18,888 nucleotides of DNA from Pseudothermotoga sp. (GCA_041640575.1 JBEPZZ010000014.1:15657-34544); one strand, 5' to 3'; positions 9,203-18,035 are shown, numbered from the stretch's first letter. Numbers and translations are program-made. The notes: generated from the sequence alone by a model not told the origin.

Positions 9203-10120
9203 ATGAAGAAACTTTTGGCAATTGTTTTGGTAGCTCTGCTCAGCATCGCAGCTTTTGCCGCAGTAAACTTTAGCGGAAGTCTCAGCGTTACAACGTCGTT
9301 AAACTATGATGCAAATGCTGGTACGCTTAGCTGGAGTGTATTACCGAGCGCATCTTTTAACGCATCAGCAAGTGGTAGCGACGCAACAACTGGCTTTTCC
9401 GTGTGGTTTGGCCCTGCTTTTTCTGTTAACAGCGGTTATGTATGGTGGAAACCTTATGTCAGCGATCCATTAACAGTTGAGTTTAGGGCTGGAAGATTGT
9501 CAAGAAGTGTGTCAATTTTTGATCAACTGATTCTCAATGGTGTTACGGCTAATAGTTTGGCAGTTGGCTTCGCTATGAAAGCTGCAGACCTTTCGAACTC
9601 ATTGTGGATTTTTGTTGATCCAGCATCTGCTCCAAACTATGTTGAATTGGACGTCAGAAATGCACTGACATTTGGCGCGATAAAAGTGGAAACACTTATC
9701 AACAATGTTGTTGCAAACATGCAGGTTCCTCAGACTGAGCTTGGTCTTACTGTCAGTGTTGATGCAGCAAAGCTTTTGAACATTCAGGCAGCCTCGTTGA
9801 CTGTCGGTGGAGGTTTTTCTGGTGTATTCCCGGGTAGTCCACTTCAAGTTTGGGTTGTGGGCGCAAACTTTGGATATGATAAATATTCTGGTGGTGTCTC
9901 TTTCAACAACTCGAATATACTTTCCGCAAAAATTTCAACAACAATTTTTGCTCCGGTAACAGTTGGTGGATCCTTCTCGGCTGACGTTACAAATATATTG
10001 AACACAATGAGCGTTGGCGCATGGGCTGAATGGAAAGTTGGAGTTTTGACTAACACATTATCTTTGAGCTATTCAAATCCAAATGTCACGGTTTCATTGG
10101 CAACCACTGCAAGCTTCTAA
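9203..10120 (+). CDS. Putative toga beta-barrel porin OmpB (Omp-beta)
   Basis: Signal peptide (MKKLLAIVLVALLSIAAFA), alternating amphipathic beta-strand pattern rich in S/G/N/F/W, terminal Phe (BamA-type signal), directly after ompA. Confidence 0.8.
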   Translation: MKKLLAIVLVALLSIAAFAAVNFSGSLSVTTSLNYDANAGTLSWSVLPSASFNASASGSDATTGFSVWFGPAFSVNSGYVWWKPYVSDPLTVEFRAGRLSRSVSIFDQLILNGVTANSLAVGFAMKAADLSNSLWIFVDPASAPNYVELDVRNALTFGAIKVETLINNVVANMQVPQTELGLTVSVDAAKLLNIQAASLTVGGGFSGVFPGSPLQVWVVGANFGYDKYSGGVSFNNSNILSAKISTTIFAPVTVGGSFSADVTNILNTMSVGAWAEWKVGVLTNTLSLSYSNPNVTVSLATTASF

Positions 10121-10135
10121 ATGGTATTAAATCTT

Positions 10136-10166
10136 AAACCCCGGCCTAAGCCGGGGTTTTATTTTT
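10136..10166 (+). terminator. Intrinsic terminator after ompB
   Basis: AAACCCCGGC-ctaa-GCCGGGGTTT followed by TATTTTT. Confidence 0.9.
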
Positions 10167-10194
10167 GGTGTAGAATTCTTCTGGAGGTGTTTGG

Positions 10195-10752
10195 ATGCTT
10201 TTGGCTGGAATAATTGTAGCAGTTATCTTGATTTTGGTTTTTTGGTTTGTTGGTACGTATAACAGCTTTGTGACAAGAAAAAAGCGAGTAGAAAATGCAT
10301 GGAGCCAAATTGATGTGCAGCTAAAAAGAAGACATGATTTAATTCCAAATCTTGTTAATGCTGTAAAAGGTTATATGAAATTTGAAAAAGAAACATTGGA
10401 AGCTGTAATAAATGCACGTGCAAAAGCTGTTTCTGGAGGAAGTATTGATGAAAGAATCAAAGCAGAAGGCGAACTTTCCGGCGCTTTAAGTAAACTTTTG
10501 GCTGTTTTTGAAAGATACCCAGAATTGAAATCCAACCAACAAGTTTCTCAGCTTATGGAAGAACTCACCAGCACTGAAAATAGAATAACATACGCTAGAC
10601 AGTTCTACAATGATACTGTTATGAAGTACAACACCTCATTGGAAATTTTTCCATCAAATATAATTGCCAAAATGTTTGGTTTTAAACCTTTCCCATTCTT
10701 CGAAGCTCAAGCGGCAGAAAGAGAAGCTCCAAAGGTGGATTTGAACTTTTAA
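10195..10752 (+). CDS. lemA: LemA family protein
   Basis: N-terminal TM, AWSQIDVQLKRRHDLIPNLV, ERYPELKSN, ENRITYARQFYN and FPSNIIA. SD GGAGG and upstream TAGAAT (10171-10176). Confidence 0.95.
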   Translation: MLLAGIIVAVILILVFWFVGTYNSFVTRKKRVENAWSQIDVQLKRRHDLIPNLVNAVKGYMKFEKETLEAVINARAKAVSGGSIDERIKAEGELSGALSKLLAVFERYPELKSNQQVSQLMEELTSTENRITYARQFYNDTVMKYNTSLEIFPSNIIAKMFGFKPFPFFEAQAAEREAPKVDLNF

Positions 10753-10775
10753 AAAGCAAAAGGAGTTAGGCTAAG

Positions 10776-11765
10776 ATGAACTATCTTGTTCAACAAAAGA
10801 AAAACCTGAGAAAGACGTATCTTTTGGTTTCAATTTTCGTATTCATGATGGGCTTTCTTGGCCTTTTGATTGATGGGGCTTTTGATAGTTTTCCCATTGG
10901 AACTTTTGTTTTGCTTTTCATTGCTCTAATTCAGATTCTAGTTGGTGTTAGCAGAGGTACTTTGCTAGTTTTAAGAACTGTTAACGCAACGCCTGTGAAT
11001 GAAGAATTGTTTGAGCACAAACAATTGAAAAACATAGTTGAAGAACTTTCAATTGCGGCTGGTTTGAAAATTCCACCAAAGGTTTATGTCATGGAAGATG
11101 AAAACATAAACGCTTTCGCAACGGGATTCAAGGAAGAAGAGAGCGTAATATGCGTTACTACTGGACTTTTGGAAAACTTGAACCGTGAAGAAACTGAAGG
11201 TGTTGTAGCACACGAGATAAGTCACATTCTAAGTAAAGACACTTTACTGATGACCACCATAAGTGCAATACTTGGAACGATGGTTTTAGTCCAACTTTTT
11301 GCCTGGCGACTTTTAAGAAGCTTTATGTGGTATGCTGAACCTAGAAGTGGAAAATCAAGAAATAAGAGAGGTGATGCAGGAAGCGCTTATATAATTCTTG
11401 CGCTTCTTTTAATTGCGCTGTTTGCTACTTTGTTCTCGTTCGTTGGAAAAATCACAATTTTTGCTGTGTCTAGGGCTCGAGAATATTTGGCAGATGCGAA
11501 AGCAGTTGAATTAACTAGAAATCCGAAAGGACTGTCGAATGCTTTGAGAAAGATTGCCAAAGTAGCTAAGAAAAAAAGCAAAGTCAAAGGTGCAACTGTT
11601 GCAACAGCTCATCTTTTTATCTTCGATCCTTTGAAAAGAGATGTCAACAATAAAGAGGGTTTTCTTGCAGATCTTTTCAGTACCCATCCACCTATCCATA
11701 AAAGAATCGCCATGCTTGAAAATATACCAGAACATGTTGTTTTGAAAGAGCTTGAACTTTCCTAG
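10776..11765 (+). CDS. htpX: HtpX-like M48 zinc metalloprotease
   Basis: INAFATG, HEISH (HExxH), SRAREYLAD and FSTHPP motifs. The lemA-htpX pairing is common. Confidence 0.92.
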   Translation: MNYLVQQKKNLRKTYLLVSIFVFMMGFLGLLIDGAFDSFPIGTFVLLFIALIQILVGVSRGTLLVLRTVNATPVNEELFEHKQLKNIVEELSIAAGLKIPPKVYVMEDENINAFATGFKEEESVICVTTGLLENLNREETEGVVAHEISHILSKDTLLMTTISAILGTMVLVQLFAWRLLRSFMWYAEPRSGKSRNKRGDAGSAYIILALLLIALFATLFSFVGKITIFAVSRAREYLADAKAVELTRNPKGLSNALRKIAKVAKKKSKVKGATVATAHLFIFDPLKRDVNNKEGFLADLFSTHPPIHKRIAMLENIPEHVVLKELELS

Positions 11766-11785
11766 AAAATTTTTATTGCAAAGTT

Positions 11786-11820
11786 TTGAATCAAGCTTCA
11801 CAGTTGATTCAATGTTTTTT
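11786..11820 (+). terminator. Putative terminator of lemA-htpX
   Basis: TTGAATCAA-gcttcacag-TTGATTCAA then TGTTTTTT, 20 nt after the htpX stop. The stem is AT-rich. Confidence 0.55.
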
Positions 11821-12108
11821 GATTTTCATACGTCGAAAAATTGCGAAATATTCTCTGTAAAAAGTAAGAACTAACTCAGTAGCTATGAATTATTAATGAC
11901 GCTAAATCACTAACATTTGAAAAAATTGCCACTGAGAAAAACTGAAAGCTAAACGATATTAGATAGGATCGACTTGTTAAGGAAACAAAAAGTATAATTG
12001 TAGTTAAATTGAAAACCATGTTGAAAAACTGATTTTTTTAATGATCGGTGAATATCTAGTGAGAATTTTTCCAGATGATATTTCAGTTAGTTAACAAAAA
12101 TAGCTATG

Positions 12109-12125
12109 TATGAGAAGTTCTCATA
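12109..12125. repeat. Perfect 8-1-8 palindrome TATGAGAA-G-TTCTCATA
   Basis: Read directly from the sequence. Operator-like, function unknown. Confidence 0.5.
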
Positions 12126-12288
12126 ATTTTGAACAGATTTACTGTCATACTAGCTTTTGTAGATAGGAAAATGATAAATCCTATCCAAAGGCATATTACT
12201 CTTTAGCAAACTTTTACTAGAGTTACTTTGCCGATAACCAGCTACTTTCAATTCAAAATTGCTCAGGTTACATTTTTACAGCATTTAA

Positions 12289-12669
12289 TTACCATAATGG
12301 AGTTTTTGCTGGAAGAAGATGGGCAATTAGAAATCCCAAAGCTATGCCGGCAAAAGCTTCACTCCACGTATGACCCAAATCGTCTCTCACATGAGGCCTT
12401 AAATTAACTGCATCTGCAACGATCACCATCAAAAGCATAGCAGCGACAGCTGTTATTGGGGAGGAGTATCCGGTGCACCTACCTATGGAAAAAGCCAAAC
12501 CGGAAGCTGCTGAAGCATGCCCACTCGGCATGCCTCCATAACGTTTAAAAGTTGAGAATTTTCTTGTTAAAAGCATTTTTAGACTCTGTGCTGCAAGAAA
12601 AGAGACAACGGCTGCAATTAAAGGGGTATTCTTTAAAAGATCAACTATGGAAAAGAAAGTGTACAACAT
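12289..12669 (-). CDS. Divergent PAP2 family (DUF212) membrane protein
   Basis: AQSLK, GGMPSGH, DAVNLR and LGHTWSEAFAG match DUF212 (GGMPSSH...GHT). SD GGAGG lies inside the ychF 3' end; 29 nt overlap. Confidence 0.85.
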   Translation of the reverse strand: MLYTFFSIVDLLKNTPLIAAVVSFLAAQSLKMLLTRKFSTFKRYGGMPSGHASAASGLAFSIGRCTGYSSPITAVAAMLLMVIVADAVNLRPHVRDDLGHTWSEAFAGIALGFLIAHLLPAKTPLW

Positions 12670-13726
12670 CTCCCTCCTTAATCATATAGTCTTTTCCATG
12701 AATCTTGACAAAACCCTTTTCCTTTGCTTCCTTTATGGAAGAAAACTTTGCTAGCTCGTCAAAGGATATTACTTCGGCTCTTACAAAACCCTTTTGAATG
12801 TCGCTGTGAATCAAGCCTGCTGCGTCGTAGGCGGTTGTTCCTTGAGGAATAAGCCAACTTCTTGCCTCATTCTTCGTTGCTGTAAGAAAACAAATCATGT
12901 TTAAAGCTGACTTTATTTGCTCGAAAAATCTTTGTTTCAGGGGAATTTCAAATCCATAAACTTGTAAAAATTCCCTTGCTTCCTCTTCGCTTAACTTCTC
13001 CACTTCATATTCCAACTCGGCATTAACAATTACCATATTAAAGCCATTTTTCTCGGCGAAAGTTTTAACTTTTGTATGAAGCCCATTTTCCATACCCCAT
13101 TCATCGACGTTCGCAACGTATACAACAGGTTTTTCAGTGAGCAAAAAGAGTGAATCAATTATTTCTTGGTCTTGCTTTTCTCGACTGAAAGTTATCGCGA
13201 GTTTCCCATTTTCAAGATGTTTCTTCAAATTTTCCAAAAGATTCAACTCGTGACGTGCTTTTTCATCACCAGCTCTTGCCTGTTTGAAAATTTTCTCAAT
13301 TCTTTTGTTTATGGTTTCAAGATCTTTTAGTATCAACTCTAATTCAACTACTTCAATGTCTCTTTCTGGATCGATGCTTCCCATTGGATGTGAAACATCA
13401 TCGATTTTGAAGCATCTTACAATATGGAAGATTAAATCCACCTTGCTTATGTGGTCCAAAAACTGATTTCCAAGGCCTTCACCTTTGCTTGCGCCTTTTA
13501 CAAGTCCAGCTATGTCGACAATTTGGAAAAATGGATGTACAACCTGTTCTGAGCCTTCCATTTTAGCAAGTTTTTCTATTCTTTCGTCTTTTACAATCAT
13601 TACACCGATATTCGGATCAATGGTACAAAAAGGATATTTCTCATTTGGAACATTCTGATTTGTCAATGCGTTGAAGAGTGTGGATTTACCGCTATTTGGA
13701 AGACCAACTATTCCTGCCTTTTTCAT
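12641..13726 (-). CDS. ychF: Redox-regulated ATPase YchF (Obg family)
   Basis: GIVGLPNSGKST, YPFCTIDPN, DIAGLVKGASKGEGLGNQFL, ANVDE and a C-terminal TGS domain (AGLIHSDIQKGFVRAEV). Confidence 0.96.
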   Translation of the reverse strand: MKKAGIVGLPNSGKSTLFNALTNQNVPNEKYPFCTIDPNIGVMIVKDERIEKLAKMEGSEQVVHPFFQIVDIAGLVKGASKGEGLGNQFLDHISKVDLIFHIVRCFKIDDVSHPMGSIDPERDIEVVELELILKDLETINKRIEKIFKQARAGDEKARHELNLLENLKKHLENGKLAITFSREKQDQEIIDSLFLLTEKPVVYVANVDEWGMENGLHTKVKTFAEKNGFNMVIVNAELEYEVEKLSEEEAREFLQVYGFEIPLKQRFFEQIKSALNMICFLTATKNEARSWLIPQGTTAYDAAGLIHSDIQKGFVRAEVISFDELAKFSSIKEAKEKGFVKIHGKDYMIKEGDVVHFLFHS

Positions 13727-14019
13727 GTTTTTCCCTCTTTTACCTTGTTGTACTGATTGAAATAGTTTAGTTTTAGATTTGCAAGGATTGCCTCCATCTC
13801 TTTGTACTCTTCAGGGTTTATGTTATCGTTCAGGACCTTTACCACAGCATCTAAAACGTCAATCGCTAACCTTGCTTGTTTTAGGTCCTGATACATCTCA
13901 CCATATTCGTCTCTTGTTAGTCCAAGCCGCGCCCAACAACGTGCAGAAATCGCATTGAAAAAAAGGATTATTAAATCTTCCATTGACAACTTTCGAAGTT
14001 CTTTTTCATCTTCTTGCAA
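13723..14019 (-). CDS. DUF1844 domain protein
   Basis: DLKQARLAIDVL...LANLKLNY pattern typical of DUF1844. TTG start after the GGGGGTGA SD; ATGA overlap with ychF. Confidence 0.75.
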   Translation of the reverse strand: MQEDEKELRKLSMEDLIILFFNAISARCWARLGLTRDEYGEMYQDLKQARLAIDVLDAVVKVLNDNINPEEYKEMEAILANLKLNYFNQYNKVKEGKT

Positions 14020-14023
14020 ATTC

Positions 14024-14578
14024 TCACCCCCAACTTTCGGAAAATACTTTCAAAAATATCTTACTTGTTCCACTGTCTATGTTGCACAATCGAATCTCTT
14101 CAAGACAAGTTTTTGGATTTTCACTCAAGAAATCTTTTATTGCCTTGAGAAATACCTTTGCACATTCATCTTTTGGGAAACCAAAAATTCCGCTACTTAC
14201 AGCTGGAATACTTATTGTTCTTAGATTTAATTGCTGAGCCTTTGAAAGAACATTTTGCACAGCTTTATAAAGTTTTTCATGCTCATTTCCTTCACCCCAA
14301 ATTGGTCCTACGACATGAATCACATATTTTGCTTTTAACTTTCCAGCTTTTGTAACTGCAACTTGTGAGGTTGGAACTGGGCCGTGGGTTTTGACCCATT
14401 CATCGCTTTCTTTTTGTATCTCTTCTCCACCTGCTCTTACAATAGCTGCAGCAACACCACCACCGTGTATCAAGTGCGAGTTTGCAGCATTCACAATTGC
14501 ATCGGTTTCTTGCTTAGTTATGTCGTCCTGAAAGATAGTAATTTTCGTCTTATTCATTTGAAAGCTTGCTAAAAGCAA
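14024..14578 (-). CDS. Macrodomain protein (MacroD-like ADP-ribose binder/hydrolase)
   Basis: DDITKQETDAIVNAAN, GGGVAAAI, VIHVVGP and PAVSSGIFGFP. TTG start after GAGGTGA. Confidence 0.93.
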   Translation of the reverse strand: MLLASFQMNKTKITIFQDDITKQETDAIVNAANSHLIHGGGVAAAIVRAGGEEIQKESDEWVKTHGPVPTSQVAVTKAGKLKAKYVIHVVGPIWGEGNEHEKLYKAVQNVLSKAQQLNLRTISIPAVSSGIFGFPKDECAKVFLKAIKDFLSENPKTCLEEIRLCNIDSGTSKIFLKVFSESWG

Positions 14579-14587
14579 GCTATCACC

Positions 14588-15001
14588 TCATTCATAAACG
14601 ATTTCATAAGTTAATTCTGCGGCTTTTTTGAGCATTCCAGCAACACTACAATACTTTTCCTGAGAAAGTGAAACGGCCTTTTCAACCTTGTCTTTCGGTG
14701 GCTCACCTTTGAATTTGAAGATGTACTTCAGATGGATTTTTGTGTAAATCTTAGGATGATCGTTAGCTCTCTCTGCGGAAACTTCCATCTCGAATTTTTC
14801 AACTTCGCTAAGAACTTGCATTTTTTCTAGGATCGAAACTACATCCATTCCCGTGCAACCAGTTAGTCCTGCAAGGATCAATTCCATGGGTGTAGGAGCA
14901 GCTTGTAAACCACCTGATTCTTTTTTAGCATCCATCAGGACCTGCCTGCCACTGTTTGTATGGGTCAAAAATGCCATCTTACCAAGCCATTCCGTTTTCA
15001 T
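14588..15001 (-). CDS. OsmC/Ohr family protein (YhfA-like)
   Basis: [19 protein letters not shown] and SQEKYCSV carry the two conserved cysteines. Confidence 0.92.
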   Translation of the reverse strand: MKTEWLGKMAFLTHTNSGRQVLMDAKKESGGLQAAPTPMELILAGLTGCTGMDVVSILEKMQVLSEVEKFEMEVSAERANDHPKIYTKIHLKYIFKFKGEPPKDKVEKAVSLSQEKYCSVAGMLKKAAELTYEIVYE

Positions 15002-15031
15002 CTAGCTATCACCTCGCAATTAAATTATATT

Positions 15032-15631
15032 TCAATCCTCTTCTAAGTGACACATGTCGTTCAGATACAAGATTTTCGGTTTGCTTGAAACTTGAACTGC
15101 AGTGACTGAAGCATTCTCAAGTTTGAAGTTTGTATGGTTTGGCATTTGAAGTCCTAAGATCCAGCTTATCAGCATGCGCAAGACCAAAGCATGAGATACC
15201 ACTACGACGTTTTCAAAATTTTGTGAAATAAGCTTTTGGAAAAAAATCTTGATCCTTTTCGTTACTTCACCCAGGCTTTCGACTCCATCAATTTGTGCAT
15301 TCGGATTTTTTGCCCACTGTTCATATTCCTTTGGAAATCTTTTTAGAGTTTCTTCCATTGTTAGGCCGTTCCAAAGATCTATTCGGCACTCTGTGAGAAG
15401 TTCATCAATTATCGGTTTCTTTCCATGCTTAAGCGCTATTATCTCAGCAGTTTGGTAGCTTCTTAACAGTGGACTGGTATAAATTGAATCAAGTTGAACC
15501 TTTGAAAATCTTTTTGCAAGCTTTTCGGCTTGTTTTACTCCCTCCGCACTCAAAGGTATATCACTTATGCCTTGCCAAAGGCCTAGTTCGTTCCAAGTTG
15601 TTTTTGCATGTCTAACAAAGTAGATTAACAT
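15032..15631 (-). CDS. Histidine phosphatase / phosphoglycerate mutase family protein
   Basis: RHAKTTWN (RHG variant), QGISDIPLS, SPLLRSYQTA, LTE, GVES and VVSHA. Confidence 0.9.
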   Translation of the reverse strand: MLIYFVRHAKTTWNELGLWQGISDIPLSAEGVKQAEKLAKRFSKVQLDSIYTSPLLRSYQTAEIIALKHGKKPIIDELLTECRIDLWNGLTMEETLKRFPKEYEQWAKNPNAQIDGVESLGEVTKRIKIFFQKLISQNFENVVVVSHALVLRMLISWILGLQMPNHTNFKLENASVTAVQVSSKPKILYLNDMCHLEED

Positions 15632-15636
15632 TCAGC

Positions 15637-17064
15637 TCACTCCACAATGTGCGCTTTTATCAAGTTTGTAGTTCCAGTCACACCAGCTGGCATTCCGGCG
15701 GTGATAACGACAACATCGGAACTTTCAACGTATCCGAGTTGCTTCACTTTCTCAACGGCTACCGGTATCATAAGATCAACGTCTAAAACTTCAGGCATCA
15801 ATATTGGTGTAACTCCCCATACTATCGATAGTTGGTGATAAGTTCGTTCCTTCGGGGTAGTGGCCAAAATTAAGCACCTAGGTCTATAGTAAGAAACTCT
15901 TCTTGCAGTGCTCCCAGAAGCTGTAGAAGTTATTATAGCTTTAGCGCCAATTTCCTGGGCTATTTCAAAGCTGCTTTTTGCAATAGCTTGGGAGAGATCC
16001 TCGGTCACATTTTGAAGATGCCTTTGCAATAAGGAGCTTTTTATTTGTGAAACGTGGTCCTCGACATTTTCTATGATCTTTCTCATGGTCTCAACTGTTT
16101 CAAGTGGGTACTTTCCAACAGCTGTTTCTGCTGTCAAAAGTAGGGCGTCAGCTCCATCAAGTATGGCATTGGCTATGTCCATAACTTCGGCCCTGGAAGG
16201 ATATGGTTTTTCCATCATTGATTTCAAAATCTCCGTGGCTACAATCGCTGGCTTACCATAGGATGCAGCTGTCTCGATAACTTTTTTCTGAATAACGGGA
16301 AGTTCTTCCATAGAGGTTTCAACAGCAAGATCGCCTCTTGCAACGATTATTCCATCACTTTCCTTACAAATTTGATTTAGATCTTCAAGAGCTTTTTTAG
16401 TTTCGATTTTTGCTAATATACCAATGTTTTCATCAAAGCTGTTTATAAACTTTCTTATGTTTCTTATCTCTCTCGAATTCTTAATGAAAGAAACACAGAA
16501 GTAGTCTATCTCGTATTTTGAACAAGCTTCTATGACTTTTCTATCTTGCTCAGTTGGCACTTCGCCAGGTAAATCTGATTCTGGAATGTTAATTCCATGA
16601 CCATCCCGTACCAGACCTGGAATTTCAACTTCGCACTCTATCTTTTTGCCCAAGTTCTTTAATACTCTTAAGCGTACCATTCCGTCATCTATGAGCACAG
16701 AATGTCCAACTTTTAAAGATTCGTGGAGATCCTTATGAAGGATCCAAAGGTCACCATCAACATCTTCGTCTAGCGAAATCAAAACCTTTTGATTTTGATC
16801 GATTTGTAATTCCTTTTTCCCAAACAGTCTTACTCTGAGCTTCGTTCCAGGTAAATCAACAAGCATTGCTAGGGGTATGCCCAGATCACTTCTAATCTCT
16901 TTCAACCTGCCAACTAATTCAACCAGTTTCTCTAAGGAATAATGTGCGGCACTTATTCTTATCGCGTTTACACCCGATTCTATGACTTTGATTGTGGACT
17001 CAGGATCTTCAATCATGGGACCAAGACTGCAGATTATCTTGGTCCTATTGAGATGCCTTTTCAT
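15637..17064 (-). CDS. pyk: Pyruvate kinase (atypical motifs)
   Basis: RTKIICSLGP, AKIET, VARGDL, RAEVMDIANAILDGADA, ETAVGKYP and the C-domain TASGSTAR/GTTN. Follows pfkA. Confidence 0.9.
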   Translation of the reverse strand: MKRHLNRTKIICSLGPMIEDPESTIKVIESGVNAIRISAAHYSLEKLVELVGRLKEIRSDLGIPLAMLVDLPGTKLRVRLFGKKELQIDQNQKVLISLDEDVDGDLWILHKDLHESLKVGHSVLIDDGMVRLRVLKNLGKKIECEVEIPGLVRDGHGINIPESDLPGEVPTEQDRKVIEACSKYEIDYFCVSFIKNSREIRNIRKFINSFDENIGILAKIETKKALEDLNQICKESDGIIVARGDLAVETSMEELPVIQKKVIETAASYGKPAIVATEILKSMMEKPYPSRAEVMDIANAILDGADALLLTAETAVGKYPLETVETMRKIIENVEDHVSQIKSSLLQRHLQNVTEDLSQAIAKSSFEIAQEIGAKAIITSTASGSTARRVSYYRPRCLILATTPKERTYHQLSIVWGVTPILMPEVLDVDLMIPVAVEKVKQLGYVESSDVVVITAGMPAGVTGTTNLIKAHIVE

Positions 17065-17075
17065 AAAAAATCACC

Positions 17076-18035
17076 TCAAGAAAGCAATAAAGCAAGTTCA
17101 TAGAGCGAAAGATCAAGCTCCTTCTTCCTACCTAAGACTTGTGACAATGGTACTCTAACTATTTTCCCAGACCTTAAGCCTATCATCGCGCATTTTTCGC
17201 CATCCAGGAGAGCTTTTACTGCTTCTGCACCCATCCTTGTGGCGAGCAACCTATCAAAGGTTGTAGGAGTACCTCCACGCTGGATATGACCAAGAATTGA
17301 TATTCGAGTCTCATATCCAATCTTATCTTGAAGATTTTTGGCCACTTTGATAGCTCCTCCAGCTCCCTCAGCAACAACAACAATGCAGTTGATCTTTCCC
17401 CTCTTTTTTTCTTCAAGCAAACGCTCTGCTAATTTATCATAATCGATTGGTATCTCGGGTATTATAGCTGCTTCTGAGCCAGTGGCAATTGCCGACATCA
17501 AAGCTATGTAACCAGATTCTCTTCCCATAACTTCGACGATGAAAGCTCTTTCGTGGGAGGTTGCTGTATCCTTGAGTTTTTGAATAGCTTCAACCACGGT
17601 GTTTAAACAAGTATCAACACCAACACACATGTCAGTTTCGGCTATGTCATTGTCAATTGTACCAGGTATTCCTATAACTGGTATACCATGTTCTTCATGA
17701 AATTGTTTTGCACCTGTTAAGCTTCCTTCACCACCAATAACCACAAGTCCCTCTATACCAGCTTTTCTGAGCTGTTCTGCTGCTTTTCTTCTACCTTCTG
17801 GCATGTAAAACTCTCCACATCGACTTGTTCTAAGAATTGTTCCACCTTTTTCCATTATCCCAGCGACAGAAGCAAAGCTCATCTCTTTGAAGGCCCCATC
17901 TATAACACCACAGTATCCTCGTTCGATTCCAATCACCCTTAGGCCATTTCTTATACCTATACGAACAACGGCTCTTATTGCCGCATTCATGCCTGGTGAG
18001 TCTCCGCCGCTTGTCAGAACCCCAATTGTTTTCAT
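17076..18035 (-). CDS. pfkA: ATP-dependent 6-phosphofructokinase
   Basis: [16 protein letters not shown] and PGTIDND (Gly at both ATP/PPi-specificity positions), EVMGR and LGHIQRGG. Confidence 0.97.
   Translation of the reverse strand: MKTIGVLTSGGDSPGMNAAIRAVVRIGIRNGLRVIGIERGYCGVIDGAFKEMSFASVAGIMEKGGTILRTSRCGEFYMPEGRRKAAEQLRKAGIEGLVVIGGEGSLTGAKQFHEEHGIPVIGIPGTIDNDIAETDMCVGVDTCLNTVVEAIQKLKDTATSHERAFIVEVMGRESGYIALMSAIATGSEAAIIPEIPIDYDKLAERLLEEKKRGKINCIVVVAEGAGGAIKVAKNLQDKIGYETRISILGHIQRGGTPTTFDRLLATRMGAEAVKALLDGEKCAMIGLRSGKIVRVPLSQVLGRKKELDLSLYELALLLS

Noticed and set aside
8422..9221. Alternate-frame and antisense ORFs inside ompA (and similar ones inside other genes)
   Set aside because: They are shadows of well-supported genes with no recognisable motifs.
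6144..12214. Similarity between the two long spacers (TTACTCTAAAGCAAATTTT at 6144 vs TTACTCTTTAGCAAACTTT at 12196, 16/19; GATAAATCC in both)
   Set aside because: A rough estimate says such a match is expected by chance between two ~500 bp AT-rich sequences, and it does not extend cleanly.
11900..12260. CRISPR-like words (ATTGAAAAC, CTTTCAATTC)
   Set aside because: There are no ~30 bp repeats, no regular spacing and no cas genes.
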